From Pseudomonas sp. PLMAX (lineage in GTDB: Bacteria > Pseudomonadota > Gammaproteobacteria > Pseudomonadales > Pseudomonadaceae): a stretch of 32,000 nt of DNA. Positions 8,898 through 19,054 of this stretch are shown here, piece by piece. The notes beneath the pieces are model-generated. The model saw only the letters and a list, made by a program, of their open reading frames with translations, had not been told where the DNA came from and made no database searches. The first letter of the stretch is position 1. Each line of letters begins with the position of its first letter. Location of the stretch: contig NZ_CP064950.1 in the NCBI RefSeq assembly GCF_046042685.1, positions 483,475 to 515,474 of the forward strand. Reading direction: 5' to 3'. A program made the translations under genes and the position numbers.

Positions 8898-10139
8898 TTA
8901 AACTCCTAGTTCCAAAGTGAATACCTTACCCTTCACGGCATTGCTTTTCAAGCGCGGAAGTATTGATTTATCTGATGTTTTTTCATATAGCTTTGCCAAT
9001 ATGTTGTCGGCCTGATCATCTTCGAATCTGCAAACCTGCTTGATGACTTTTTCCATTGGAAGTGACTTTAATAGCTCACCTACCATTGTGTTCACGTATA
9101 CAACTTTCGGGTCTTCATAGTTGCACAGGTCAACAGCCAACTCAGTGAGAAACCCAGACTCTCCAAGCTCTTCAAGATCCATTATCTTGCCGGCGCCCTG
9201 CCCCAGGACTCCGCAATAGAACAACTGAGCGGCCTGTCGAGTAGAAAAGTTAATTTTGCCTACGATTTCAGACATGAGCTCGCACTGGCTGGCATGGTGA
9301 GTCTCAAAATGGGCGTCGATCAGGTTCCGTGGCAGTAGCGCCAGCGACGTAAGGTCGCGCAGAAACTCAAGCCCAGACGTTTCGATGTATGCCATGACCT
9401 TCGGAAGCTCCATCAGCCCATCATCCCAAACCGTATTGAACGTCACACCGATACCCTGCTGGGCTCTCGTACGACCATCGATTGAGAACATGCCAAGCAG
9501 CTTTTCATGAATTTCACTGAAACTCATTTCCAGGGTTCCGTGAATGTTCTGCCTGACCTTGTGGCTGTCTTCATACTTCTGCAACTGAAGGTAGATTCTA
9601 TCAAGACCTCGCTTGCTTTCTCGAAGTGCTCCAGCAATCCTCTTAACCATCTTAGGATCGTCGGCTTTTACGTATTCCATCAGCTTTCGCTGTTCATTCA
9701 CGGTATGGAAAACCTGATAGATATCAAGAAACTCCTTGCTCTCAAAAATAGCGAAATCATCAAGTGGAACGCGCCGCAGCTCTGGAAATTTGACGTAATA
9801 GCCGCACTCAAAACCATCCATGTGATTGTTAATCGCTTGGCGGTTTGATCTTGCAAGTGTCCCGACCACCCATGTCACCATTGATTTATAGTCAGGCGCC
9901 GGAGCCGAAAGGGAGATCGCTATTATTTTCTCAATGGCACTCTTATAAACCTCGCGATCCATCGTGGGGAAAAGGTGCTTGGCCTCTAAAAGCTCTTCTG
10001 CCGTATGACCTTCAGAAATCACGAGCAAAATGAAGTCCTGGCACTGCTTGATCAGTGCTCTCACCCCTTCCTGTTCAATTTCTGGCGGGGAGCCCAGGTC
10101 GTGGCTACCAAGCGAGAAAACTACATTTTCACTGATCAT
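8898..10139 (-). CDS. Hypothetical protein (413 aa) ending in the shared tail ...KGKVFTLELGV
   Basis: Long ORF in a visibly AT-richer stretch and first gene of a minus-strand operon. No motif recognised apart from the C-terminal tail. Confidence 0.8.
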   Translation of the reverse strand: MISENVVFSLGSHDLGSPPEIEQEGVRALIKQCQDFILLVISEGHTAEELLEAKHLFPTMDREVYKSAIEKIIAISLSAPAPDYKSMVTWVVGTLARSNRQAINNHMDGFECGYYVKFPELRRVPLDDFAIFESKEFLDIYQVFHTVNEQRKLMEYVKADDPKMVKRIAGALRESKRGLDRIYLQLQKYEDSHKVRQNIHGTLEMSFSEIHEKLLGMFSIDGRTRAQQGIGVTFNTVWDDGLMELPKVMAYIETSGLEFLRDLTSLALLPRNLIDAHFETHHASQCELMSEIVGKINFSTRQAAQLFYCGVLGQGAGKIMDLEELGESGFLTELAVDLCNYEDPKVVYVNTMVGELLKSLPMEKVIKQVCRFEDDQADNILAKLYEKTSDKSILPRLKSNAVKGKVFTLELGV

Positions 10140-10277
10140 TTAGCTTGTTCCGAAGGTCTTGTCATGGCCCAGTATAGGCCGTGCGCCAGACCCCCAACAA
10201 AGGGAAATCGCCCACCCCGGCGACATTTTCTATGATATGTTCTTCCTTTCTAAGAGCGTTCACATAAGGCGCCGACC

Positions 10278-10877
10278 ATGATTGATCTCACTGGCTTTCC
10301 TATCTCCAACGCAGCACACAGCTCTGATGTAGGCCGATGGCACATCGTCGGCGCTCGCCGCAGACAATCGCTTGCAGAGCACTCGTTCAACGTGCCAATG
10401 TTTGCCACCTACCTGGTCGCAGCTGTCCACCCTGAAATCAGCGAGAGCGATCAGTTGCTGATGCTCTACGGCGGTATGTGGCACGATCAGGCGGAGAACA
10501 AGTCCGGTGACATCCCAACGCCGGCCAAACGTTATGTCGAGAAGTTTTTCCCCAAGGGGCAATCTCCTTTCGATGTCCTCGATGCTGCCATGTGCCCTCC
10601 CTACGCACGGCTCAAGACCAAGCTCGATGGGACTTACCTCGAAGTGATCCTGAAGCTGGCGGACATTATGGATGCTGCTCACTTCATCTCGACTGCAGGT
10701 AACGGAAACGAAGCAACACGCATCTGTGAAGAGCGTTGTAGAGCGTTTGCATCCTATGTCGACATAGGCAAAGCTAAGTGGCCCGAGCTAAACTGGGACG
10801 GCGCCCACACGGTGCTGCATGACTTGCTACACGGCGAGCCAGAGAGCCTCTCTTTCGATGAACTCTTAAGCCATTGA
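10278..10877 (+). CDS. HD-domain phosphohydrolase, YfbR-like 5'-deoxynucleotidase
   Basis: 199 aa. 'GRWHIVGARRRQSLAEHSFNVPMFATYL' ... 'GGMWHDQAENKSGDIPTPAK' ... 'LKLADIMDAAHF' reproduces the RW...E-H-S, H-D...GD-x-PTP-x-K and K-x-AD pattern of YfbR-type HD nucleotidases. The minus-strand ORF 10260..10682 is judged a shadow. Confidence 0.78.
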   Translation: MIDLTGFPISNAAHSSDVGRWHIVGARRRQSLAEHSFNVPMFATYLVAAVHPEISESDQLLMLYGGMWHDQAENKSGDIPTPAKRYVEKFFPKGQSPFDVLDAAMCPPYARLKTKLDGTYLEVILKLADIMDAAHFISTAGNGNEATRICEERCRAFASYVDIGKAKWPELNWDGAHTVLHDLLHGEPESLSFDELLSH

Positions 10878-10886
10878 GGTTGGCCA

Positions 10887-11459
10887 GTGAAACGACTGAT
10901 CATTTTTGACTTGGACGATACGCTGCTTCACGCAGAGCGTAAGCCCTTCGATCTGGCTCAGCTCCAGACCGAAAGCTTCTATATCGCCGTTCGCCCCGGC
11001 ATAACCTCGATGCTGGAGCGTTTGTCGCCCCATTATGACTTCGTGATCTGGAGCAACACCGACCGGGCCTCCATCGATGAGAAGATCGCCGACGTCTGGC
11101 CCAAGCATATCCCCCTCGTTGACATCTTCTGCGATAAAAACAGCAGCAAGCGCCACAACAACGGCCAGGGTGAGCATTTCTTTAAGGAGGTTTGGAAGGT
11201 CATCAAGCGCCATCCCCAGTACACACTGGGCTCGGTGCTTGGGATCGAGGACAAGCCGGAAACCTTCGTGCGCAACTACGGCAATGTGATCCGGGTGTCA
11301 CCCTTCTCCGGAGCCCCTGACCGGGAACTCGACGACCTCACTGATTATTTGCTCTCAATTGCCACGCACCCAAATTATAGAACGCTGGAGAAGCGGCACT
11401 GGAAAGCCGACCTCCGAAGGGCTCGGTATTACGAGGACGAAGAGACTCCGAACCCATAA
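10887..11459 (+). CDS. HAD-superfamily phosphatase, FCP1/NIF (CTD-phosphatase-like) type
   Basis: 190 aa with a GTG start and a GAGG RBS 7 nt upstream. Motif I 'LIIFDLDDTLLH' (DxDxT), 'YDFVIWSNTDRASID' (motif II region) and 'LGIEDKPETF' near the C-terminal motif position. It starts 9 nt after the HD gene. Confidence 0.7.
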   Translation: MKRLIIFDLDDTLLHAERKPFDLAQLQTESFYIAVRPGITSMLERLSPHYDFVIWSNTDRASIDEKIADVWPKHIPLVDIFCDKNSSKRHNNGQGEHFFKEVWKVIKRHPQYTLGSVLGIEDKPETFVRNYGNVIRVSPFSGAPDRELDDLTDYLLSIATHPNYRTLEKRHWKADLRRARYYEDEETPNP

Positions 11460-11513
11460 GCTCAATTTTGATCCACCGCTACCGCCCCAACAAATCCTTT
11501 GCATAGGTGCCCC

Positions 11514-12062
11514 ATGCTCGCACAGCCTCAACATCCCATTCACTACGCCTTCGGCATTGTTAGTCATGCTCCATCCGTGATGGAGGCTTGGGTTCACGAG
11601 CGCCTACTGATCAAAATTCAATACCATGTGCTCTACTTGGCCGTATTCTTCTATGCCGGGTACATCTACGCAGGTATGGGTATGGCCACCGATCTCGCGG
11701 GGATTGGCATCCTGAGCACCTTCCTCATGTCACTGCCGGCACAAGTCCTCAACGGAAAAAAATTCAGCCTGGAGCTCGTCAGCGACTCTTACTTCAACGC
11801 GGTGTTGGCTTTCCACGGATTTTTTCTCACGTATTTCATCGCGTACAACATCGTCACCCTCTTGGCCGCGTATTTCGGATCCTGGACGCTGGGCACGAGC
11901 AATGCCCTGATCTCCCTATCCACCTCCCTCATGATCGGGTACAGCATCCAGCTGGCGGTCACCTCGAACTACAAGCTCAGATGGTTCTTTGTACCCCTGG
12001 TATCTATCGGTCTTGGGTATGGGATGTTCAGAGCGCTTTCCACAGCTGGACTGCCTCATTAA
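11514..12062 (+). CDS. Multi-pass membrane protein (hypothetical); start uncertain (TTG 11499, ATG 11514 or ATG 11580)
   Basis: The track ORF 11499..12062 contains at least four long hydrophobic segments (e.g. YHVLYLAVFFYAGYIYAGMGMA, GIGILSTFLMSL, FHGFFLTYFIAYNIVTLLAAYFG, FFVPLVSIGLGYGMF). The overlapping R/H-rich ORF 11588..12106 looks non-coding. Confidence 0.65.
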   Translation: MLAQPQHPIHYAFGIVSHAPSVMEAWVHERLLIKIQYHVLYLAVFFYAGYIYAGMGMATDLAGIGILSTFLMSLPAQVLNGKKFSLELVSDSYFNAVLAFHGFFLTYFIAYNIVTLLAAYFGSWTLGTSNALISLSTSLMIGYSIQLAVTSNYKLRWFFVPLVSIGLGYGMFRALSTAGLPH

Positions 12063-12139
12063 AACGATTGCAAAGAATTGCCAAAACCTGCGGAAATGGT
12101 AGATAATTCAGGCTCAATCAAACATGGAGCAGTACCCAG

Positions 12140-12751
12140 ATGACCAATGTTGTCGCGAGCATTTCGCTTAAGAAGAAGGAAAAACTCAGCCTGCGTAAGG
12201 TTGCTCCAGGTCTGAGCCGTGTACGAGTTGCCATCACATGGCGTGCCGTCCAAGGCCAGGAAGTCGACCTCGACCTGAGTGGGTTTATGCTGAACGATAA
12301 AGATCGCATCCTCACCCAGCAGGACTTCATTTATTATGGGCAGGAAATCTCTCCAGACGGCTCTGTCCATTACCTGGGCGACAACCGCAAGGGCTCGGTG
12401 GATGACGGCAGTGGCTCGCTAGGTGACAGCGAGGCAATCAAAGTAAACCTCGACGACGTCCCGGAGCGGGTCAAGCGAATCGTCTTCGCCGTAACCATCG
12501 ACGGTGCTGACGAGAAACGCCAGAAGTTCAAGCACGCCTCTGAAGCTGTCGCTAGACTGTTCAACGACGTGACCGGTGCCGAAATTGCTCGTTTCCCTCT
12601 GGAAGGTGATTTCAAAGAAGATTCGGCCATGCTGATGGTTGATCTGCATCGTGAAGGCGACAGCTGGGACTTCAACCCGATTGGCCAGGGTTTTAAAGGC
12701 CACCTCGGCGACATCTGCAATTCATACGGCCTGGACATCGGTTACAACTGA
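12140..12751 (+). CDS. terD: TerD-domain stress/tellurite-resistance family protein
   Basis: 203 aa. 'ISLKKKEKLSLRKVAPGLSRVRVAITW...VDLDLSGFML', 'GDNRKGSVDDGSGSLGDSEAIKVNLDDVPERVKRIVFAVTI' and 'ARFPLEGDFKEDSAMLMVDLHREGDSWDFNPIGQGF' match the TerD fold signature, including the Ca-binding GDN/DDG segments. Confidence 0.9.
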   Translation: MTNVVASISLKKKEKLSLRKVAPGLSRVRVAITWRAVQGQEVDLDLSGFMLNDKDRILTQQDFIYYGQEISPDGSVHYLGDNRKGSVDDGSGSLGDSEAIKVNLDDVPERVKRIVFAVTIDGADEKRQKFKHASEAVARLFNDVTGAEIARFPLEGDFKEDSAMLMVDLHREGDSWDFNPIGQGFKGHLGDICNSYGLDIGYN

Positions 12752-12763
12752 TTTCCTCAGCCA

Positions 12764-12796
12764 TAAAAAAAGGAGCGCTAAGCGCTCCTTTTTGTT
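12764..12796. terminator. Bidirectional rho-independent terminator between convergent TerD and ligA genes
   Basis: AAAAAAA-AGGAGCGC-TAA-GCGCTCCT-TTTTG: an 8-bp perfect GC-rich stem (12771-12778 / 12782-12789) flanked by an A-run and a T-run. Confidence 0.85.
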
Positions 12797-12804
12797 GCCT
12801 TTAG

Positions 12805-14856
<2,052 letters not shown>

Positions 14857-14894
14857 CTACCGTAAATTGGATTTTTGTCAATTCATGCTTATCG

Positions 14895-14924
14895 TTGTGC
14901 GAAAGCCTGATCCAAAGGGATAAT
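14895..14924 (+). promoter_or_regulatory. Candidate sigma-70 promoter for the 628-aa gene
   Basis: TTGTGC (14895-14900), an 18-nt spacer, then GATAAT (14919-14924). It is followed by an AGGAG RBS 7 nt before the ATG at 14954. By-eye match only. Confidence 0.35.
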
Positions 14925-14953
14925 GCTTAAAACTCTTCCTTCAGGAGCCGCAC

Positions 14954-16840
14954 ATGGCCGACTCGATTGATACCGAGATTTCCAACCTTCTTCAACGGGC
15001 ACTGAAAGAGGGGCGCGAGGACGTCGCTAACGCATTGCGTCACCTTACCCCGGTTTCCGAACTGGCGAAGTCTCTCGCCACCACTTTGAAGCCAAGCGCC
15101 CACTTCACTGATGAATGGCGCGGCCTCTTAACCCGCAAGACCTACGGCCTGTTGGATGGCAGGGCTCTTACCTCCACAGCGCTGATGCAGAATGGGGAGT
15201 ACAGAGAGTTCCTGCTCAAGAAGCTACAAGGTCTGTCAGGGCAGGAAAGTGCTCACCACCTGACCCACGGCCTCATCTCTGCTGGCTTGCACTCTGAGGC
15301 GCTTCAGGGGCTCTCCAGCGATGAGGAGATCAAGTCGTTCAAGGCGTACTTCCAACAATATCTGAATAATGTCTTACCTCACTCTCAGTTCTTGTTCTAC
15401 ACCGAAACCGGTCAAGACCACTCGAACACACGAGATACCATCAAAATCCTGGACATGCTGGACTTGGATTTTCCGTCGACCTTCACGCCGTCTAATTATC
15501 CCGATCCAAAAAACGACAACACCAAGCCATGGGGTGATCAGCGCATTGAAATGAACATTGAGCTGGTCGGTTCAGTGATGACAGAGCTCAAGCTTTCTGT
15601 GCCTCAGCTAAGCACTGCACCTGGTGGTGGCTACAAGTGGTTGGAAGCGGATCTTCCAGCAGCTGTCACCCTGGAAAATCAGCGTGTCCAGAAGCTTGGC
15701 GGCTGGCACAAGGAAAACTTCCCGAGGTTTCTGCCTGTGATCGTTCCTGAGTCAAGTCTCGGCGACATGTTGGCACAAGGGGCAATTCCAGTTTGCCCAC
15801 TGAAAACCGTTCATTTCACGTCCAACCGGGGGGCCGGCTTTGACACGACGGAGCCAAGCAGGGAGTTTGTTCCGGTAACGCCGAATCATAGGGTGACGGA
15901 CAAAGATATCCGCCTCGCGTTTTCATTCTTTCCTCCCCAACTGGTAACCGGCCTTATCGAGAACGACTCACAGAGTCTGGTGATGATCCCGTTACAAACG
16001 ATCCCTCTGCTCGCGCCGACGAGTCCAAACATCGCGGATTCACTGAAGGCTGCAGTACGATTCCATCGACCAGAGTTGCTGATCAGTGATCAAAGCCGGG
16101 TGACCGGTGATTACACGAAAAACAGCCCGCTACCGCTTTACCTCAAGGGCTTTAAGATCCGGCAAGGGGAATACAGCCACCTGGACATCACTGACAACCT
16201 TAGCAGGCACCCTGATTTTATCGATTCACTCCTGCCTGCTGAGGTAGACAAACTTGCCAAATACTTCGTAGTCAAGAAGGAGTACGGTCGGGATTTCAAT
16301 AGGTTCTATGTAAATGAGCAAAGCGGTTTGACCACCCCTGAAAACGTGGCCCTGGCAAAACGCTCGATTGAAGCCCTTACCAATGCAATTGGGTACCCGC
16401 CAGCCGTTCACTATCGTGGATCACCGGAGTTCATCAAGGCCCTGGCAGAAGCCAAAGTCTACAGCTGTGACCGCTCCATATTCAGCAACCATAAAAATAT
16501 GAGTGGGGACTGGTACTCCACTGCTGAAGGCGTTCGTTGCGGCGGCACCATCGGGGAGACTGGCGGATTCGGCGAGTACGCTGATATGCCGTTCGACGAG
16601 CTGGTCATTAAGGGTACTCGCTTGAAAGACCCGGCCACCGGCTTCAACAAGCAGAAACAGGTCATCCTAGGCATCCTCGACCGCTACCCGCTTGAGGACG
16701 TTGTAGGCCTGGCGAAAACCGATGCTCAGTACAGGTTCCTGATGGACAACTTCGACCTGATGCCGGTAAGGCACTTGCTGCCGAAGCGCCTTGAGCTGGT
16801 TGTGGCTGGTAAGCAGTTCTCGAGCGAGCTTGGGTTCTGA
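14954..16840 (+). CDS. Hypothetical protein (628 aa) ending in the shared tail ...AGKQFSSELGF
   Basis: Long ORF with a strong AGGAG RBS and a terminator just downstream. No catalytic motif recognised. The C-terminal tail matches the window-wide motif. Confidence 0.85.
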   Translation: MADSIDTEISNLLQRALKEGREDVANALRHLTPVSELAKSLATTLKPSAHFTDEWRGLLTRKTYGLLDGRALTSTALMQNGEYREFLLKKLQGLSGQESAHHLTHGLISAGLHSEALQGLSSDEEIKSFKAYFQQYLNNVLPHSQFLFYTETGQDHSNTRDTIKILDMLDLDFPSTFTPSNYPDPKNDNTKPWGDQRIEMNIELVGSVMTELKLSVPQLSTAPGGGYKWLEADLPAAVTLENQRVQKLGGWHKENFPRFLPVIVPESSLGDMLAQGAIPVCPLKTVHFTSNRGAGFDTTEPSREFVPVTPNHRVTDKDIRLAFSFFPPQLVTGLIENDSQSLVMIPLQTIPLLAPTSPNIADSLKAAVRFHRPELLISDQSRVTGDYTKNSPLPLYLKGFKIRQGEYSHLDITDNLSRHPDFIDSLLPAEVDKLAKYFVVKKEYGRDFNRFYVNEQSGLTTPENVALAKRSIEALTNAIGYPPAVHYRGSPEFIKALAEAKVYSCDRSIFSNHKNMSGDWYSTAEGVRCGGTIGETGGFGEYADMPFDELVIKGTRLKDPATGFNKQKQVILGILDRYPLEDVVGLAKTDAQYRFLMDNFDLMPVRHLLPKRLELVVAGKQFSSELGF

Positions 16841-16859
16841 TCAGCGCGCTCCAAACGAC

Positions 16860-16887
16860 AACGCTCCCCTCGGGGAGCGTTTTTGTG
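16860..16887 (+). terminator. Rho-independent terminator after the 628-aa gene
   Basis: ACGCTCCCC-TCG-GGGGAGCGT followed by TTTTTG: a 9-bp stem (16861-16869 / 16873-16881) and a T-run (16881-16885). Confidence 0.8.
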
Positions 16888-16897
16888 CCTGGTGACT

Positions 16898-17782
16898 TCA
16901 GATGGCCAGGGAGTGCATGAAGGCTTTTGCGCGTACCTGCAAACTTTGGATGCTCTCCACAGCCGACTCCAGGCCAAGCTTAAAGGCCATCAACCTGAGC
17001 TCGTCAGTGTTCAGTTGATTGGTGATCGCTTCGTCATCCATGGCAAGGATCTCGCCGATAACCACCACGGCAGCGCTACGGTGCTTGGTTACCAGCTCCT
17101 CGCTATCGCCGTCGAACTTAGACCGCTTGATCATGTGCCTCATGACCGACGCCCAGTTATCCGGGGTGCCACGATAGCCGATACTGGCAGCAATGTTCTT
17201 AAGCACTACGTCCTTTGCCCTTGGGGTAACGGCGTACTCTCGCGCCCGGCTGAAGGATTGGTTTGAACAGTGCACAGATACCAGATCTTCAGCATAAGGC
17301 TTCCACAGTACCGGGATCTTCACCAACACCTCGTCATCCAGGGAGGCGAAGACCTGCAGCATGGAATGCTTTTCCGACCGCTTCAGCATCTGCCCAATGA
17401 TGTCCAGGCCAAGCTTGGGCCGGTCATTGGTCAACGCGTGGGTAAGGCTCGATTGCCAAAGATCGGCAGTCGTCGTCTCAAGCGCGCCCTGGAGCGACCA
17501 CATCTTGAGTTGCGTCCTGGCGAACGTTTCAGACATGTACTTCATGGTGGACAGGAAAACTCCCTTCCCCATACCTGTCGTTCGAGTCACGGTGTCAATC
17601 AGGGCCCTGTAGGCGCCCTCGTCCACGTCGTGACAAATGTCATGACCACTGACCAGCAAGGTCTTACTGATACCCACTGACCTGTATGGGTTGGAGGCGA
17701 CATTGAGAATCCATGCGTCGAATTCACCGTTCAGCCTGCTCCCAGGACTCAGCTTGCGGCCAATTTCTCCACTTAACGTCAC
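16898..17782 (-). CDS. Hypothetical protein (294 aa) with relaxed version of the shared tail ...RAKAFMHSLAI
   Basis: ORF in the same orientation as the upstream 413-aa and 565-aa genes and last gene of that operon. No motif recognised. Confidence 0.75.
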   Translation of the reverse strand: MTLSGEIGRKLSPGSRLNGEFDAWILNVASNPYRSVGISKTLLVSGHDICHDVDEGAYRALIDTVTRTTGMGKGVFLSTMKYMSETFARTQLKMWSLQGALETTTADLWQSSLTHALTNDRPKLGLDIIGQMLKRSEKHSMLQVFASLDDEVLVKIPVLWKPYAEDLVSVHCSNQSFSRAREYAVTPRAKDVVLKNIAASIGYRGTPDNWASVMRHMIKRSKFDGDSEELVTKHRSAAVVVIGEILAMDDEAITNQLNTDELRLMAFKLGLESAVESIQSLQVRAKAFMHSLAI

Positions 17783-17812
17783 ACCAACCTCACAATCTTG
17801 TTGTAAGCCATT

Positions 17813-19054
17813 TCAGACCCCCAGCTCTTGGGTAAATATCCTTGCCTGACCCACTAGCGATGCCTTGGCCTTCCAGCTCACGTCATCGGTCATCTCGGAC
17901 ATTGCAGCTGCCAAATCTGCTGGCAGTGCGCGCTTAAAAAGCGTCTGGGGAGGTATGCCATGAAATAACTTTTCAATGTCTACCTTGAGCGTATCAAAGG
18001 AGTCGCCCATAGGTCTCCTCCATTGCATCTCTTTCGCAAGCGAAGCCACCTTATCGATGGGGTTCAGGCCAGCACGGTAATCATCAGCTGTCAGCTCAAC
18101 GCCGGCGTCTTTGGCTTGGCACAACAGGCTGGCCATACCGGTCATCATGCCCCACAGCTTGCCCTGCCTGAGCAGCTCTACAGGCTTGTTGATGGAGTCA
18201 ATGTTGAAGGTGTCGAGCGCGAACCTCACTGCCGAATTCCAATACGCCAGGTTGTTGGCCTGGTTGAGATGCTCGCAAAGCGCCTCAGAGCTCTTCCAGA
18301 AGCTCATGACTGCCTTATTTAGGCTCACGGGCCCCATCGTCCCTTTGCCGGCCTGTACGCGGCTCAGCAGCTCCAGCTGGAGGGCTATGTCGCCACCTCG
18401 AGTTGGAACCATGATGTCAGGGGCGTCTTTGGCAAGAACCTGCTTAAGCGAATCAGACATTCCCGCATACACGACCTTAAACAGATCGAGATCCTCAGTC
18501 TTCAAAAGCGTTGTGGCAATAAAGGGCATATGAAATGCATCTTTGATCAGATGCTCATACCCGCCGCCAGGCTCCATTGGCCCGGCGTTCAGCGGCTCAG
18601 CCAAGACCTGTGACAGGCCCTGACGCACTGGCGACTCGAGCCACTCAGCCGGCTTCATGCGCTCCATGGCTTTGGTGCTGGTGTGCACCGTCAGCGACAT
18701 CGAGTTCTGGAAGCCCACCAGGTCATCCTGCGACTTGGGGAAAGCTGCCGGGAAGCTCTCCATGGCAAACCTCAGAAACTCAGCCGCATGGCGCCCCTCC
18801 CCCAGTTCTACTAGAGCGCTGCACAGGAAGAATGGATCGAGCCTTCCCTCAGAGCGATGCTTGGCGGAGGTTTCATGGGCCTCCAGCTCTGGGTACAAAG
18901 CTAGGGCACGATCATAGTTTTCAGCAACCGAGATCGGCGTTTCATTCAGGCGCCACATGACATCACGCGCCAGGGCCAGACCCATTTCAGTCCTGAGAGG
19001 GTCGTTCATCAGGGCCGGCTGGCCCTGGCTACGCTCTTCTTTGCGGGCTGTCAT
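17813..19054 (-). CDS. Hypothetical protein (413 aa) ending in the shared tail ...GQARIFTQELGV
   Basis: Long ORF. Its start overlaps the stop of the GHKL gene (ATATGACA, 4-nt ATGA overlap). No motif recognised apart from the tail. Confidence 0.8.
   Translation of the reverse strand: MTARKEERSQGQPALMNDPLRTEMGLALARDVMWRLNETPISVAENYDRALALYPELEAHETSAKHRSEGRLDPFFLCSALVELGEGRHAAEFLRFAMESFPAAFPKSQDDLVGFQNSMSLTVHTSTKAMERMKPAEWLESPVRQGLSQVLAEPLNAGPMEPGGGYEHLIKDAFHMPFIATTLLKTEDLDLFKVVYAGMSDSLKQVLAKDAPDIMVPTRGGDIALQLELLSRVQAGKGTMGPVSLNKAVMSFWKSSEALCEHLNQANNLAYWNSAVRFALDTFNIDSINKPVELLRQGKLWGMMTGMASLLCQAKDAGVELTADDYRAGLNPIDKVASLAKEMQWRRPMGDSFDTLKVDIEKLFHGIPPQTLFKRALPADLAAAMSEMTDDVSWKAKASLVGQARIFTQELGV

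Noticed and set aside
10260-10682. 140-aa minus-strand ORF overlapping the HD-domain gene
   Set aside because: The plus-strand frame carries the complete YfbR-type HD signature and sits in an operon with proper spacing. The minus-strand ORF has no RBS context or motif.
10857-10877. The HD-protein C-terminus ...SFDELLSH as a further instance of the shared tail motif
   Set aside because: The aromatic residue at -7 and Leu at -3 fit. However, the acidic residue is shifted, the last residue is His, and there is no basic residue at -9. I treat it as chance resemblance.
11588-12106. 172-aa plus-strand ORF in an alternative frame over the membrane-protein gene
   Set aside because: Its product is a His/Arg/Pro/Gly-rich low-complexity string. 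The other frame encodes regular transmembrane helices.
12741-12748. GTTACAAC (reverse complement of the E. coli Ter core GTTGTAAC) at the 3' end of the TerD gene, noted because a Tus-like gene is present
   Set aside because: An 8-mer is expected about once by chance in 64 kb of two-strand sequence. The flanks do not match the Ter consensus, and a divergent Tus would probably recognise a different site. A similar 7/8 match at about 17791-17798 is equally unconvincing.
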